Positions 34,444 through 34,986 of a stretch of DNA of 34,986 bases are shown here, in pieces (position 1 is the first letter of the stretch; the number at the start of each line of letters is the position of its first letter). The position numbers were made by a program, and so were the translations under genes. The notes beneath the pieces are model-generated. The model did not search any database. It saw only the letters and a list, made by a program, of their open reading frames with translations, and was not told where the DNA came from. The stretch spans positions 1 through 34,986 of the forward strand of contig NIVC01004792.1 in NCBI GenBank assembly GCA_002269645.1, in the 5' to 3' direction. The DNA comes from Macrostomum lignano (Eukaryota).

Positions 34444-34919
34444 CTGCGGCGTGTGCGTGGCTTAGTGACATGTACTTTACGTTGCGCATGCTCTAGGCAT
34501 TAGAAAGTGTTCACATCGAACTTTTGCTCTTTAATCGCACCCGAAGCTACGCAACGATAAGCGGATTTTGCATGATAGGCTTCAACAGTACATGTACCGA
34601 TATATGTTGCATAGTGCAGTTTTGCAGCTCTAGGTAGATAATTCTAAGTAAGGTGGCTTATTGAATGGACCAATGCTCTACATGCAGTCTAAGTCAGTAC
34701 TCTCTGGTTCTCAGCCAATGTCCTGTATGAGGAAAATCCACCTCTCCTCCAAGGCTGAGCTGCAATTTCGCATTTTATTCATTTTCCCTAAGGCCCGGCC
34801 TCCCATATCATGGATGAAAACTGCTGATACGTGTCTGGAACCATGCGTTTGGAGTGACTTTTCAATTTCACAGAAGACAACCCCAAGCTAAGCATAATAA
34901 TTTAGTAATTCTTCACAAC

Positions 34920-34986
34920 CTGAAGCCGCTGCGTGAGCAGCAGCAGGTAGAGGAAGAAGTGCAGGAACAGCGCGCCAGGTTGAAGG
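34920..34986 (-). CDS. Probable upstream exon of the GPCR (TM2-like), truncated by the window edge
   Basis: GC-rich hydrophobic frame ALFLHFFLYLLLLTQRLQ followed by CAG|GTTGTG. The phase does not simply match the next exon, so the junction is unresolved. Confidence 0.5.

Overview
This is eukaryotic (animal) genomic DNA with GT-AG introns, GC-rich exons, AT-rich intergenic DNA and many minisatellites. The style resembles the flatworm Macrostomum, but that assignment is inference only. The left half holds three co-directional minus-strand genes: (1) a complete 10-exon DNA polymerase theta gene (POLQ, about 2417 aa) with an apparent 1-bp frameshift just before catalytic motif C and a different minisatellite in most introns; (2) an intronless orphan ORF with about 19 GAVGHREHGL repeats; (3) the ribosome assembly factor MRT4/MRTO4. 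The middle is an AT-rich transposon graveyard (Gypsy integrase remnant, two MITE-like elements, many TA-NNNN-TA palindromes). It also contains the most unusual feature: two convergent secreted-protein genes that share a signal peptide and a 3' stop/UTR cassette but carry unrelated mature domains. One is an intact Cys-rich peptide resembling fungal CBM52 and the other is a decayed beta-trefoil-like gene. The right end holds a 5-kb minisatellite with higher-order structure and a partial class A GPCR with a 1-bp frameshift. No rRNA, tRNA or CRISPR array was recognised. All coordinates and alignments were worked out by hand.
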